Positions 10,756 to 22,497 of a DNA stretch of 64,000 nt are shown piece after piece. A model generated the notes under the pieces. That model did no database searches and was not told where the DNA came from. It saw only the letters and a list, made by a program, of their open reading frames with translations. How positions within the stretch are numbered: the stretch's first letter is position 1; every line of letters begins with the position of its first letter. This DNA comes from Azolla caroliniana (Eukaryota > Plantae > Polypodiophyta), in contig JBHGNT010000015.1 of the NCBI GenBank assembly GCA_043228905.1, positions 8,680,001 through 8,744,000 of the forward strand. Reading direction: 5' to 3'. Position numbers and translations under genes: made by a program.

Positions 10756-13662
10756 TCATTCTTCCTCCAAAATATCGAGCACACTCTGCTCGATGGTGTC
10801 AAGTGGTGCTTCTTCCTCCTGTTCCTTGCCTTCCTGGTCTCCGACCTCCGGTTGGGTTGGTTGTTCCGTAAAAATTTGCTGCTCCGGCTCTGCTTGATTC
10901 TGTGGTGCCGGTGCTTCCTCACCGCTTCGTTCGGGTTCTTCCTGTTCTCCCTCCATTCCAGGCTCTGTTTTGTTACCAGTGTCGCTTTCTCCGGTCTCGA
11001 CTGGTTGGCTCGGTACGCCTTCTTCCTCTGCTCTGGTGTCTTCCGGTCTCAGCTCTTCTTCTTCTCCGGCCTCGGTCTGCTCCTGCTCTTCTTCTTCTCC
11101 TTCGAACGGAAGTTCTTCTTCGGGTATTCCTCGTCGGGGTTGTTCGGTGTCAGTTGGTTCAACTTCAGCCGGTCGCTCTCCCTCACTTATAGTGATTGGT
11201 GTCGTTCTTCCCTTAGCTTCCTGTCGTAACCGGTCCTGCTCGTATCTCTCCAACTCCAACTGAGTTGCGAGCTGCCCGTCATCCAACCTCTCTACCAACC
11301 CTCGGATTTCTTTGAGATGTTCTTCCGCTAAAGTGTAGAAATCGTCCGACAATTCTTCCCGAATGGCGACGATACTTTCTTCATCCATCTTGTAGAACTT
11401 GTCACCGGTCTTCCTCCGATTCTCGGCATCCGCTCGGAGTGTCTGCAGCTCGGCTGCCTGTTGTGACCACTCCTTCCATAGCTTTTCCGTACTTTCGTTG
11501 ATGCTTGCCTGAGCTCGGGTACTCCATCCTGACATGATGAGCTTGATCTGGTCAACCCCCGCCTTAGCATGCGCATAAGCTTCTTGCTTTTCCTTCCTTG
11601 CCCGTTTTATAATGTCGGCCATTATCTGAGCCTGGGCCTCGTAATCCGCTTTCTGCTTTTCATAGGTACTTTGCAGTTTGCTGATCGTGAAGGTCGATTT
11701 TTCCTTTTCTTCATTCCTGATCTTGGTCAGATCCAGCTTTTCCCGCCTTAGCGCCTCTAATTCCTTCCTTCTCTCTGTCGCTTGGGCTATTTCCGCCGAC
11801 AATGCTTCCTTGTTGGCACTGACCTCATCCATTGCCTTAGCCAGGTCTAATCGGGTCTCTTTGAGCTGTTCTTTCAGCTTCTCTATTTGCCGGTCGTAGT
11901 CTACTGCCCGTTTCTTGTTGTCCGACTCGGCCTGCTTGTGATCTCGGTAGAGACGGTCGAAGTCCTCCGTCTTCTGCTTCAGGCGTCGGTTTGCCTGAGC
12001 TCTTAACCGATCGTCCCGGTCCTTCTGTTGTCGGAGTTCTTCCTGCAATCGTTCTATCTCCTGCTCGGCATGTCGACGCAGTCGGTCCTTCTCCTTTTGC
12101 AGCTTCTCTTTTTCTTCTTGCAGTCGGTCATTAGTGGCTCGACCTTTTCGGAGGCCTTCTTCCATTTTTCGTCTGTCGTCCTCCACCGCTTTCCGCTGCT
12201 CCCTTTCTCTTTCCCTTAATGCCTCCTGAGCTTTTAATTCCTCTCGTAAGGTTTCTATTATTTCTTCGGTCTCAGGGCCGGTTTGCAAGGCTACCGGTTC
12301 CGGTTCCGGTTCTGGTTGCTTCCTTGTTGTCTCGACCGGCTCGGTGACAACTTGTGCTTGTTGAATTCCTTCCCTTGCCTGCAACAGCTCCCCTTGCATT
12401 TCCTCGATCTGTGTTCGGAGCGCGACCAACTCCTGAGTTGTTGTATGCGTCAGCTGTTGCCTACACGTTTCTTCTTTCTCTAATTGGTCCGCTACTCCCG
12501 ATAACTGCTCCGAAAGCCATCTCAGCCATTGTGGCTTTGTTCTTCCTGTGTCGGGGTGGCCTTGCTCACTTAACTCAGGCTGTTTTTCCGGCCTTTTCTC
12601 TGGCTCCGGCGCTTGTTCATTCTTCTTCTCTGGGATAACCGGTTCTCTGAAGTCCGGCACAACCGGTGTCGGCGCTGCTTCCCTTGGTACGGGTTCTGGT
12701 ACTACTTCCGCCTCGGCTACTGGAGGTGGTCCTTGCGCCCTCTGCTGAGTTTTGTCAACTGGTGGAGCCGGTCCTTTCGCCCGTCTCTCCCGACCCTGTC
12801 TTGCTGGGAGTCTTACCAGTGGTTCGGATGAGTCTTCTGTTTCAGCTTCCTCCTCCGGTGCGGCTACCAGGCGGACCTTTTGTATAAAGACCTCTGGTTC
12901 CGGTTCCGGTTGTCGCAGCGTTATATTGATTGGTTTATGTGCTACTGGTTCCTCCTCGGCCGATTTCCCTTTGCCTTTTCCTGCCGGTTTTGCCTTTGTT
13001 GCCGGTTCCTGTTGCTGTCGGGATGGTCCTTCCCCCCGTTGTTCTGCTTCTTGCTGGGTCCATCCGGGGGTGTGTTTCTCCAGGATCTGTCGGCGCTTTG
13101 TGACCTTTTCCGGCGTCGTCTCCTGCCGACCTCTTTTCTTTTGTGTGATGGGGAGCACCGGTGGGACTAACACCGTTAGCCATTGTGCTATCCCGGCCCA
13201 TGGCTTTTTTCCTTCCCCAAGATTCTTGATGGCCTCCTTCAATCCTTCAGTTATGAAATGGAGCCAGTCTACTTGTAATCCTTCGTATGCTGCTATTAAG
13301 AACGCTGCCCGGTACTTGGCTATGGCCGGGGGACAAGGATTCACGAATCCGTATTCCATCATGGCGCGGGCCACTTCTCCGAACAACAGGTTCTCTCCGC
13401 CCTGTGTTCGGTACGCCTTGCTGCTGATAGAGTACTCACCGAAATATTTGAACAGGATTTCGCTTGAAGGGTTTTCGATTGTTTGAAGCCTTCCTGCTTT
13501 TATCCCCGTGAGCGCCTGCACCGCTCCTTCCGTGACTTGTGATAAATCGATTGATGTTGCCGCTTGCTCTGGTTCTACGTGTGGTGGAGCGTCGGCGATC
13601 CGCAGCAATCCTTTTAACCCGTTCTCCCTCATCCATTGGCGTGCCTCCTCCGACAGTACCAT
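10756..13662 (-). CDS. Intact 968-aa retrotransposon accessory protein of unknown function (N-terminal globular domain, Pro/Glu linker, long coiled coil, acidic tail)
   Basis: Uninterrupted ORF between integrase and 3' LTR, same sense as pol, with a homologue in Gypsy B. No signal peptide or clear transmembrane segment. Confidence 0.85.
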   Translation of the reverse strand: MVLSEEARQWMRENGLKGLLRIADAPPHVEPEQAATSIDLSQVTEGAVQALTGIKAGRLQTIENPSSEILFKYFGEYSISSKAYRTQGGENLLFGEVARAMMEYGFVNPCPPAIAKYRAAFLIAAYEGLQVDWLHFITEGLKEAIKNLGEGKKPWAGIAQWLTVLVPPVLPITQKKRGRQETTPEKVTKRRQILEKHTPGWTQQEAEQRGEGPSRQQQEPATKAKPAGKGKGKSAEEEPVAHKPINITLRQPEPEPEVFIQKVRLVAAPEEEAETEDSSEPLVRLPARQGRERRAKGPAPPVDKTQQRAQGPPPVAEAEVVPEPVPREAAPTPVVPDFREPVIPEKKNEQAPEPEKRPEKQPELSEQGHPDTGRTKPQWLRWLSEQLSGVADQLEKEETCRQQLTHTTTQELVALRTQIEEMQGELLQAREGIQQAQVVTEPVETTRKQPEPEPEPVALQTGPETEEIIETLREELKAQEALREREREQRKAVEDDRRKMEEGLRKGRATNDRLQEEKEKLQKEKDRLRRHAEQEIERLQEELRQQKDRDDRLRAQANRRLKQKTEDFDRLYRDHKQAESDNKKRAVDYDRQIEKLKEQLKETRLDLAKAMDEVSANKEALSAEIAQATERRKELEALRREKLDLTKIRNEEKEKSTFTISKLQSTYEKQKADYEAQAQIMADIIKRARKEKQEAYAHAKAGVDQIKLIMSGWSTRAQASINESTEKLWKEWSQQAAELQTLRADAENRRKTGDKFYKMDEESIVAIREELSDDFYTLAEEHLKEIRGLVERLDDGQLATQLELERYEQDRLRQEAKGRTTPITISEGERPAEVEPTDTEQPRRGIPEEELPFEGEEEEQEQTEAGEEEELRPEDTRAEEEGVPSQPVETGESDTGNKTEPGMEGEQEEPERSGEEAPAPQNQAEPEQQIFTEQPTQPEVGDQEGKEQEEEAPLDTIEQSVLDILEEE

Positions 13663-14102
13663 TGTTTCGAATTCTTCTTCTTCTGCCTGTTGTTCGGGAT
13701 CGGGCTATGTGTGCTCTGTGCGTCGGATCGCTCTTCAGTGCTTCTGCGCCTGTATGTAGGAAAATTCGTAAAAAGTGAGTCCTTCGCAGGCCTGTGTCTT
13801 ATATAGTAGCTTTTGCCTCGAGCCGCCCTTTTTCATTTCCCGCGCATGTTCCTCTCCCGCCATAATTAGTATGTCCTTTCTTGTTTGCCGCGTGTGAGTG
13901 CCCACGTTCCATGCTTTAAATACCAAATACGCGCACGTCCTTCTTTAATGCATGGCGCCTCTTCGTTGCATGGTGGCGCTCCCACCTCTTGTGATCTCCC
14001 CATCATTACTATGATTCGCGTCGATTTTGCCCACGTCTTCTTTTTTCTTTTTTCTTTTTTCTTTTTTTTTTCTTTTTTTTTTTTTTCTTTGTTTGGACCA
14101 CG

Positions 14103-17100
14103 TCATTTGCTGGTTCCCCCCGATTTGTTCGGGTCGGTTCGTGTGGATACCGGATCCTTCTGTCGGTTTTCCGGGATAGTCTTTGTCAGTATCGGTGTCG
14201 GTTCTTCCTCGGTCCGAATATCTTCAGCAGCGTCTGTCGGTGTCGGTTCCTCATCTTGCCGGATTTTCGGGTTTTGCTTGAACGGGTTCGCTGGCATATT
14301 TCCCTTATACGGCTTTAGCCGAAACCCATTTGCCCACTTGCCGATAACATCTCCAGACAACGTGCCGAGCTGATACGACCCATTGTACTCCTTGGTGATC
14401 CAGAATGGTCCGGTCCACCGAAACCGCAACTTTCCCGGCATGTTCCCCATCCGTGTCTGGAATAGTAGCACTGGTTTCCCGACTTCGAACTCCTTTTCGT
14501 TGCCACGCCGGTGTCGGTCCACAAAAGCTTTTCTCCTCCTTTGCTCCAGTTTGAGTTGTAGTAAGCTGGCTATTCGGTTTTCTTCTAATTCCAACAACGT
14601 CGCCAGCCGGATTCGTTCGGACTCGTTCTCACTTAAGCGCTCCTTCACCTGAATCCGTAAGCTGGGGATCTGGAACTCTACCGGCATGACCGCTTCTAAA
14701 CCAAATGCTAGCCGAAACGGGGTTGTCTGGATGCTGGTTTTGTACGTTGTTCGGTACGCTCATAGCGCGCTTTGCAATTTCGTATCCCAGTCGGTCCAGT
14801 TCTCGTTGACGATTTTTCGTAGGATGTTCTGCAGAGTTTTGTTCGTTGATTCCGCTAGTCCATTGGCTTGAGGGTAGTAGGGAGTACTCTTTTTATGTAC
14901 CACCGCGTAAAATGACGTCAGGCTTTCTACTACCTGCCCGAGAAAATGTCCTCCTTGGTCACATATAAGCTCGATCGGACATCCATACCGGCACCATATG
15001 CACTCGTACAGAAACTTTGTCGTGGACGCGGCCGTGTTGTCCCGTAAGGCCTTTGCTTCTACCCATTTGGTGCAATAGTCGGTCGCCACTATGACATACC
15101 GATTTCCGGTTCGCATTGCCGGTGGTTTGAAGGGACCGACAAAGTCCAACCCCCACTTTTGAAACGGTTCCAAAGGCAAGACCGGGTGGTGTGGCATCCG
15201 GGCCTGCTTCGTGGGTTGGCCCAGTCGTTGACACAAATCGCATTCTCTGCTATACTTCACGGCATCTTTTAGGGTGGTGGGCCACCACAGTCCGCTCTGC
15301 CATATTTTCCGAGCGGTTGCATCGCCGGCATAATGCCCGCCGGCAATTCCACAGTGGGCTTCCCTGAGGATTAGATCCTTCTCATCGCTCCGCACTGCTC
15401 GTCTCCACATGCCATCTGCCCCCTTGTGATAGAGGGTGTCTCCAACCAAGCAGAAATGTCTACTTCTTACTGCTACCCTTTTCCTTTCATCGCGGTCCAT
15501 GTTCTCCGGGGGAACTCCGGTGCTCAGGAACTAATGCATCTCAGTTAGCCACGTGTCTTCATCGGCTACCGTTGCATCTGTTGCCGGTTTCATCGTGATC
15601 CGGAACAACTCGGCGTCGGGGAACTCATCCTGGACGCCGTCCCCTGCTTCTCCGGATTCGAGTCTGCTTAGGTAGTCTGCTACCGCATGCTGCGCCCCGG
15701 GCTAGTGGAAAATGTCGAATTCAAATTCCTGTAACAGCAGTGTCCATCGTGCAATTTTTCCCGTCAGGGATGCCTTCGAGACCAGGTAGAGTAGTGCCGA
15801 ATGGTCGACATGGAAGGAAAACTTCCTTCCGAGCAGATAGTGCATGTACTTTGTGACACTATACACCATTCCCAATGCCTCGCGTTCCGTCGTAGAGTAA
15901 TTCCGTTCGGCTTTTGAGAGATTCCGGCTTGCGTAGTACACCGGTCGGTACCATTTCGGCTCCGTGAGTTGCATCAGAACGCTGCTGATTGCTACGTCCG
16001 ACGCGTCAACAAAGACGTGAAAGCTTTTACTCCAATCCGGCGGTTGCACCACCGGAGCTTGCGACAGTATAACCTTCAACGCTGGGTAGGCTTCCTCCTC
16101 CGTCTCCGCCCATAGGAAGGGTACCCTATGTACGGCGGTATGTAACGGTGTAGCGAAGTCTGCGAGGTGTCGTATCATCCGGCTATGCCACCTTATTTGG
16201 CCCAGGAACCGGCTTAAAGCCTTTGCGTTATTTGGTGCTGGTGCCTCGAGAATCTCCTTGACTTTATCCGGATCTACCGCAATTCCTTCCTTACTCACCA
16301 CGTGCCCTAGTAAGTTGCCGCTTGCCACTCCAAAGACGCACTTGGCCGGGTTCAGGCTCAATCGGTACTCGCGGCACTTCTCCAAGCATAGCCGGAGGTG
16401 ATCGAGATGCTCTCCGTGCCGGCTTTAGACCGCGAAATCGTCAAGGAAGACCTGCATAAAGCCGGGGATATATTCCCCGAAAATTTCCATTATTATCCTT
16501 TGAAAGGTCGTTGGAGCCATCTTTAGTCCGAACATCATCACGACCGCGACGAACACTCCCCATTCCGTAACGAACGTTGTCTTCTCCTGGTCGGCTGGGT
16601 TCATTCGTATTTGGTTGTAGCCGCTAAATCCATCCAGGAAGTTGTAAACTTCGTGGCCGGCTACCGCATCTAACATCCCGTCCGTAAATGGTAGTGGAAA
16701 CGCATCGGTCACTGTTGCGGCATTTAGTTTTCGGTAGTCCACGCATACCCGGATTTTGCCGTTCTTTTTCGGGACCACCACTATCGGACTCAGCCAGGTT
16801 GCCTGCTTGACCGGTCGGATAAATCCGACCCGGAGGAGCTTATCAATTTCCTCCTTCACCTTCGCCGCATAATTCGGATTCATCCGGTACCTGCGTTGAG
16901 CGATCGGTTTCGCGTCCGTACTTAGGTGAATTTGGTGCTGATAGAGCTGGGGGTCCAGCCCTCGCATGTCTTCGTACGACCACGCGAACACATCCTTGAA
17001 GTCTGTTAATAATGCTACCATTGCCTTCTTTTCTTCCTTCGGCAATTCCTTTGCAACATTTACCGGTCGGGGCTTGTCTGCTGTGCCGAGGTCCACCTCC

Positions 17101-19946
17101 TCTAGTTGGGATGCTTTTACTCTCTGGGATATCGTCATTTCCCTCTCTAGGGATTCCTGCGCTTGTCGCAATTCCCGGATCGCCGCTTGGTCGAGTTCGT
17201 CCGGCGTCGTAATGTACGGTTCTACTGCCGCCGTGATATCCACCTCAAATAGTGGGACGATTCGTGGGTGTTCCTCAGGGTACCGCTTGACTTCCTCGTC
17301 CGGTAATCCCTCCAACATGTTAATGCTTTCCGCATACAATGGAGTTGCTTCCTTCCTGGTGATCACCCGTGGTTGCGTCGTTACTCGTACCTTTGTTTTC
17401 CCTCGCCGGAATGTGATCATGTTCTTTTGCCAGTTCTGCTTGATATGCGTCGTTCGCAGCCATGGTCGTCCTAGCAGTAGGGGGTACACGCCTTGTTCAT
17501 TCAGCTGCAGCACCACGGCTGATATCCGGAATACGTGGCCTCCGATCGTTACTTCCAAATCCCGGATAAGCCCGGTCGGTCGGACTGAGCTGGTATCCGC
17601 CATGCGTAACCAGAAGGGGCATGGTTCCCATTCCCGGATGCCCAGGTTGTTGCATGTCTGTTGGCTGATGACATTTACCCCGGAGCCTCCGTCAATAATC
17701 GTTCCAGCAATTTCCTTTCCTTTCACGATTGCCGTGATCGCCGGGCTACTTGTATCGACCACCGCTGGTCCTTCCTCCGGGTTGGAGAAGAATGCCGGTG
17801 CTGGCGTCGGCTTCGGTTTGCTCACGGATGCCTGTAAGTCTGTCGTAAACCGTGGCACCAACTGTAGTAGTCGTGCTAATGGCAGCACGATTTGACAATC
17901 CTGTAGCGCTTGCCACGTCGGGTTTTCTCCTGGCTGTATGATTTCTTCGTCTTTTGGCATATTTTGGTCTCTTACTTCTGCTGCATTCTGTTCATTGGCC
18001 TGCTTGATCCACTGTGCCGCTTGTTTTCTGATTGCCTCCTGGGCTTCCCACTCGGCGGTCTTTCCCTTTGACCGGGTTGTGACTTGCTGTACTTCTGTTA
18101 TTTCGGCTGTAACCATGTTGACTTCCTGTTGCTTGTCATTGGTTTTGCTTGGGCATTGGTTACTATAGTGGCCTTCCTTACGGCAGTAATAACAGTACAC
18201 CTTGTGACTGTTGCTCGTTTCTCCTTTGTCCCCGGTTTGGAGGGTGGGTATGCTCCGGCGGTCGTCTTCGGTTTTTCGGTTATCCGGTACCGATACCGGG
18301 TTGTCATTCCTTGCTGCCTCCCGACGTTCCTCTCTTCGGAAAAATCCACGCTTTTGATTCCGTCGGAAATTTCGGTTCCCTTGTCGCCTCTCTTCTCTGC
18401 GTCGTTCGTATTCCGGGGATTCGTCTCGGTCGTACCGGTCCCAGGGGTAGCTATCTCTGCGTCTCTCCTCTCGGTCATAGTTATCGCGTCTTCTATCAGC
18501 GTATCTGTTACCGCGTTCGCGTTGGTAGCGGTCGTCTCTCCGGAATCGATCCTCGTCCGGGTTCTGATTGCGCGATTCTATGTGTCGAACCGGTGCTGCC
18601 TGCCGATTTAAGAGGTTATATTCGCATCGGTCCGTTGTATGGGCTCGAGAGTTGCAGATCATACATTGTGTCTGCAGGGTGCAGTCTACTGTTGAGTGCC
18701 CCGAATTTAGGCATGTTGTACATTGTAAGGCCTGTCGAAACCTCAGGTCTTCCTCCTTCGGGAGTGCCCGGTGTAACATCCCCATCGACAAGAAGGGGCT
18801 AGTCTTGTCCATTTCTAAAACCCGATCAATAACTTGGTCCATTGTGCTGGTTTGGAAATCAAGGACTCCGCACATTGTTCGAAGTGGCTCTTTCAACGCG
18901 GCCAAAAAGACTGCTTTGGCTTCGTCTTCGGGTGGTGCTCTTGTCAGTTGGCTGTGCAGGGTCTGAAACCGAATGATGAATTGTGGCCCCATCTCGTTCT
19001 CTTCCTGCCGGGTGGTGTAGAACTGCCCGACCAATTCCCTTTGCTCAAATTGTCTGTGAAAAAGCCTGAGGAATCTAGCCTTCAAGGCATCGAATGTGGC
19101 AAAGCTGCCCGGTAAGTGCTTTGCGTGCCATCGGGCCGCCGGTCCTTCTAAGGTTATGCCGAATTCGGCGACTTTGGATCGTTCGGCTTCGGGCTCCGTC
19201 AGTCTTTGGGAGACATGGTTGGCTTCCCATGTTTGGAGGAATGCGTACACGTGTGCCTCCGCGTCGGCCTCATCCCGGTATTTTGGGTATGGGTACGGCA
19301 TCGTGTCGTCCAACTGACTCTCCTGCTTCCTCCGCTCTCTGTCCGATGTTGGCGTTGGTGTGAGATCCTTTGGTTCCTCCGCGGGTGTTGCCGGTGTCCG
19401 GTCCTTTGGTTCCTCCGCGGGTGTTGTCGGTATCCGCTCCTTCGGTTCCTTCGCGGGTGTTGTCGGTATCCGCTCCTTTGGTTCCTTCGCGGTTGTTGTC
19501 GGTATCCGGTCAGCCTCCCTCGGCGATTGCCAGTCACCGAATTCCAGGGTTATTTCTTCCTCTGGCTCCGGTGTTACTGAGTCTTCCGACCCCTCTTCCT
19601 CCCGGTCGTTTGGTGTGTCGTGGCTGCTTTTATACTGGGACGCAACGCTTCCGTCGCTTTCCGACTCCGCCTCAAGTGTTGCGAATGCTTCCGAGTCCCC
19701 ATCGCCCCCGGCGAGCCTCTGTAGTATCGTTTCCGCCTCTTGCAGGCTTGTTATGCTACTGCCTTCGTCGGGGATTTGCAGAACCCGGAACTGCAGTGCT
19801 TCTTCTGCGACTCTCTGAAGAGTTTTGGAGAATGACCGATCACGCCGGATCTCGTCGACGGCTTGCTGCAGGGCTTCCCGTCGTTGCTCGCGTTCAGTGT
19901 ATCGTCTCCCTCGTTCGATGATGTGGTCGTCGTTTGGTCTAGACAT
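14103..19946 (-). pseudogene. Gypsy C gag-pol polyprotein (three CCHC knuckles, PR, RT, RH, INT) with a few premature stops
   Basis: CTTCLNSGHSTVDC, CMICNSRAHTTDRC, CYYCRKEGHYSNQC; protease IIDGGSGVNVI; RT VFLDDF; FVDASD; WGLDFVGPF; RWTGPF. Stops near 16425, 15702 and 15530. Confidence 0.93.
19345..19510 (-). repeat. In-frame tandem repeat (~36 bp, RIPTTPAKEPKE, about 4 copies) upstream of the Gypsy C capsid domain
   Basis: Visible in both the DNA and the 1201-aa translation. Confidence 0.85.
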
Positions 19947-19982
19947 CCATCCCCCGGTTGTCCTCTGCACTTTGCAGGAATC

Positions 19983-19992
19983 GTGGTTGCCA
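19983..19992 (-). promoter_or_regulatory. Canonical PBS of Gypsy C (tRNA-Arg(UCG)-like, TGGCAACCAC)
   Basis: TGG begins 6 nt inside the 5' LTR and matches recalled TGGCGACCAC at 9/10. Confidence 0.55.
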
Positions 19993-19998
19993 AAATAG

Positions 19999-20413
19999 TG
20001 TTGTCTGCCTGGCCGGACTAGCCTCAACACAGGTGTCTATCCGAAACTTCTCCAAAGGGGTGGTAAGGATTGGATGCTAGGTTACACGCGTAAGATGATT
20101 ACAATTAAGCACAGACGGTAAACAATACGAAGATACAGATAAACACGCAATAATTACTATTGTATTACTTCCGTCAAACCCTTTACAATTCATCGGATTC
20201 TTTTATAGGCATCCGGCAAGGTTACAATCGGTGCGCTTAGGCAACCGACATCCGAATCGGTCCGGATCCGGATCGGTACAACTGTACCGGATCCGAATCA
20301 GTACAACTGTACCGGATCCGTCCCTCCAAATAATAATTCTACTATTATTTACTTCCTATTATCTGATCCGACTCCGCCTTCCCACTTGTCCTTGCTCTTC
20401 TGACCGGCCAACA
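19999..20413 (-). repeat. Gypsy C 5' LTR (415 bp)
   Basis: Matches 10335-10705 and carries two extra GTACAACTGTACCGGATCC units. Confidence 0.95.
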
Positions 20414-20418
20414 ACCCT

Positions 20419-22212
20419 ATCTTGCGAATTAACCCCAATGGCCGTACTGAGTGAGTATCTGCCATTCGGAGCCAGAATGGGCAAGCCTCCCATTCTGAAA
20501 AGCCTAGTTGCTCGCAGGTTTTCGCGCTAATTACATTGACGCCTAAGCCGCCATCGATTACGCATCCAGGAATTTCCTGTCCGTGTAATATTAATGTAAT
20601 AGCCGGGTTGTGGTGATCCACTACAGGCGGTCCGTCGCTAACGTCTGTAAGGTTTGTAGCGATGCTCACCCTGGGTATGCCCATCACCCGTTCCTCCATG
20701 GTCTGGTGGAAGCGTGGGACTAGCTGCAGCAGCTTCTCCATGGTTAACGTTATCTCATAGCCCGCTAATGCCTACCAAATGGGGTCCAGGACCGATCCTT
20801 CGTCCTCCGCTCGCTCCCTTGTATTCGCGGACTCCTTCCGCATGCGCTTTGTATTGGTCATGTTTGCTTTTTCCACCCATGCTTGGGCTTGTTGTCGTAT
20901 CTCATCTTGCGCGGCCCATTCAGCCGTTTTTTTTTGCTGGCATGTCGTGACTTGTTGCACTTCCGCCGTAATAGTATTGATGGTGGGCCCCTTGCCCTTG
21001 CATGTTGGGCATTGCGTGGCATAATGTCCGGGCTACTGTCAAATAAAACAATGGATGCGTGATTCGCCCTTCTCGGCTCCTAGTGGTGTGTGTCGATCCC
21101 CTGGTGCGACTTGCTCCTCACGGTCCAGCCTTGTTTGTCGGAACGTACGCGGTGGTTGTTGTTGGTCCGGGCATGGTTCTTGGTGTCGCTCATCCCTCGA
21201 GCTTTCGTCGTAACGTCGGTGATCTCGATATTGCCGCAGCTTCCCACGATAACCATTGAAGCCGCCACATTTGTTTGTCGGCCGGTGATTCTCATAGCGC
21301 CGGCCCCCTTTAGCATAACTCGGAGGTCCACAATACTCCTCATCCTCTAGTTCGTCTTCCTCGGACTCGTTGGGATTTCGGCAATTCCGGTGGTGTCGGT
21401 CGTCACGTGGGTTGCGATCCACATATCGTGGTCGGTCTTCATGCCTCCTTTGTTCTGTACGGCGTGGGGGACATTGTGTGTCCATGCTGCATATTGTGGG
21501 AGCGGCTTTGTTTAACATATTGTATTCGCATTGGTCGACTGTGTGAGCCTTCGAGTGGCAGATTGGGTAGTGGATTCGCATGTTGCACTCCACTGCGGAA
21601 TGCCCCGAGTTCAAGCAAATTGTGCACTGGATTGCTTGACGAAACTAGTGTTCCTTGTCCTGAGGTAACGCTTGTCGTAAGGAGGACATAGCAAACCTTT
21701 CCTCCTCCTCGTCCAACTCGAGCTGCAACGCTCGTTCAATGACCATATCCGTCGTTTCCCCTTTCACGCTATTGTTGTTGAGCGTTGCCCGTATGGGTCG
21801 GCATAATGCTGCCAGAAATGTCTCTCGAGCCTCGTCCTCCGCGGGGCTCCGTTCTAGTTTCCGCCATAAATTTTGGAAACGTAAGTTGAAGTCTGCGATC
21901 GTCTCGGTCGGCAGTTCCTTGATCGTGTAGAACTGTTCGATTATTTCGCGTTGTGGAACCCTCCGATGGAAGAACCGCAAGAAAGCGGACTGCAGCTGAT
22001 CGAAGGTTGTGATTGCTGGTAAATCCATCTGTGAATGCCAAAATACCGCTCGCCCATCCAATGTTAACCCGAACTCCGTCATTTTCGACTGGTGCGCTAC
22101 GGCCTCTAAAAGGCTCTGCGCCATGTGGTTCGCATTCTAAACATTGAGGAACATGCGAATATGGGTTGCGGCGTCGGTTTCGCCGTTAAAGCGGGGATAG
22201 GCAAACGCCATG
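20419..22212 (-). pseudogene. Gypsy B gag and protease N-terminus
   Basis: MAFAYPRFNGETDAATHI, EFGLTLDGRA, CCHC remnants, VIDGGLGVNVI; colinear with Gypsy C gag. Confidence 0.9.
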
Positions 22213-22479
22213 CTGGGGGCTACGGCGGATCGGGAAAGACCAGTGTGGTTGTGGTGAGCGTGCTCCCCGCGTGTCGTCGAGGTATTTGGAGAGCGAAGAA
22301 TCACCTCTGTAATCACGGCAGGTAGTACTAAGGTCGCTGAGGCGAGGCTTTTGCCGTGCGCATTCCTCTGCCTCGCGTGTGACGGACCTTGTGATTGGCC
22401 GGTCTTGTCGTGTTGGTTCTGTGGGGCGTCTACAGCTAAACATCCATTCGTCGTTGTTCGTCTATGAGAAGACACAGAT

Positions 22480-22493
22480 CACCAGGCGTGCCA
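22480..22493 (-). promoter_or_regulatory. Canonical PBS of Gypsy B (tRNA-Arg(UCU)-like, TGGCACGCCTGGTG)
   Basis: 4 nt inside the 5' LTR; 13/14 match to recalled TGGCACGCCCGGTG. Confidence 0.7.
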
Positions 22494-22497
22494 AAAG

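Larger units (their letters stand above)
10335..20413 (-). mobile_element. Full-length Ty3/gypsy element C (relative of B) nested in the protease of B
   Basis: LTRs 10335-10705 and 19999-20413 (TG...CA), TSD ACCCT (10330-10334 / 20414-20418). Confidence 0.95.

Noticed and set aside
10756-13662. Calling the extra ORF a retroviral env, or a host myosin/SMC gene
   Set aside because: No signal peptide or transmembrane helix, no motor or ATPase motifs, and it lies between LTRs with a homologue in element B.
16966-17895. 309-aa plus-strand ORF and similar antisense ORFs over the Gypsy/Copia genes
   Set aside because: Shadow frames of pol; no independent evidence.
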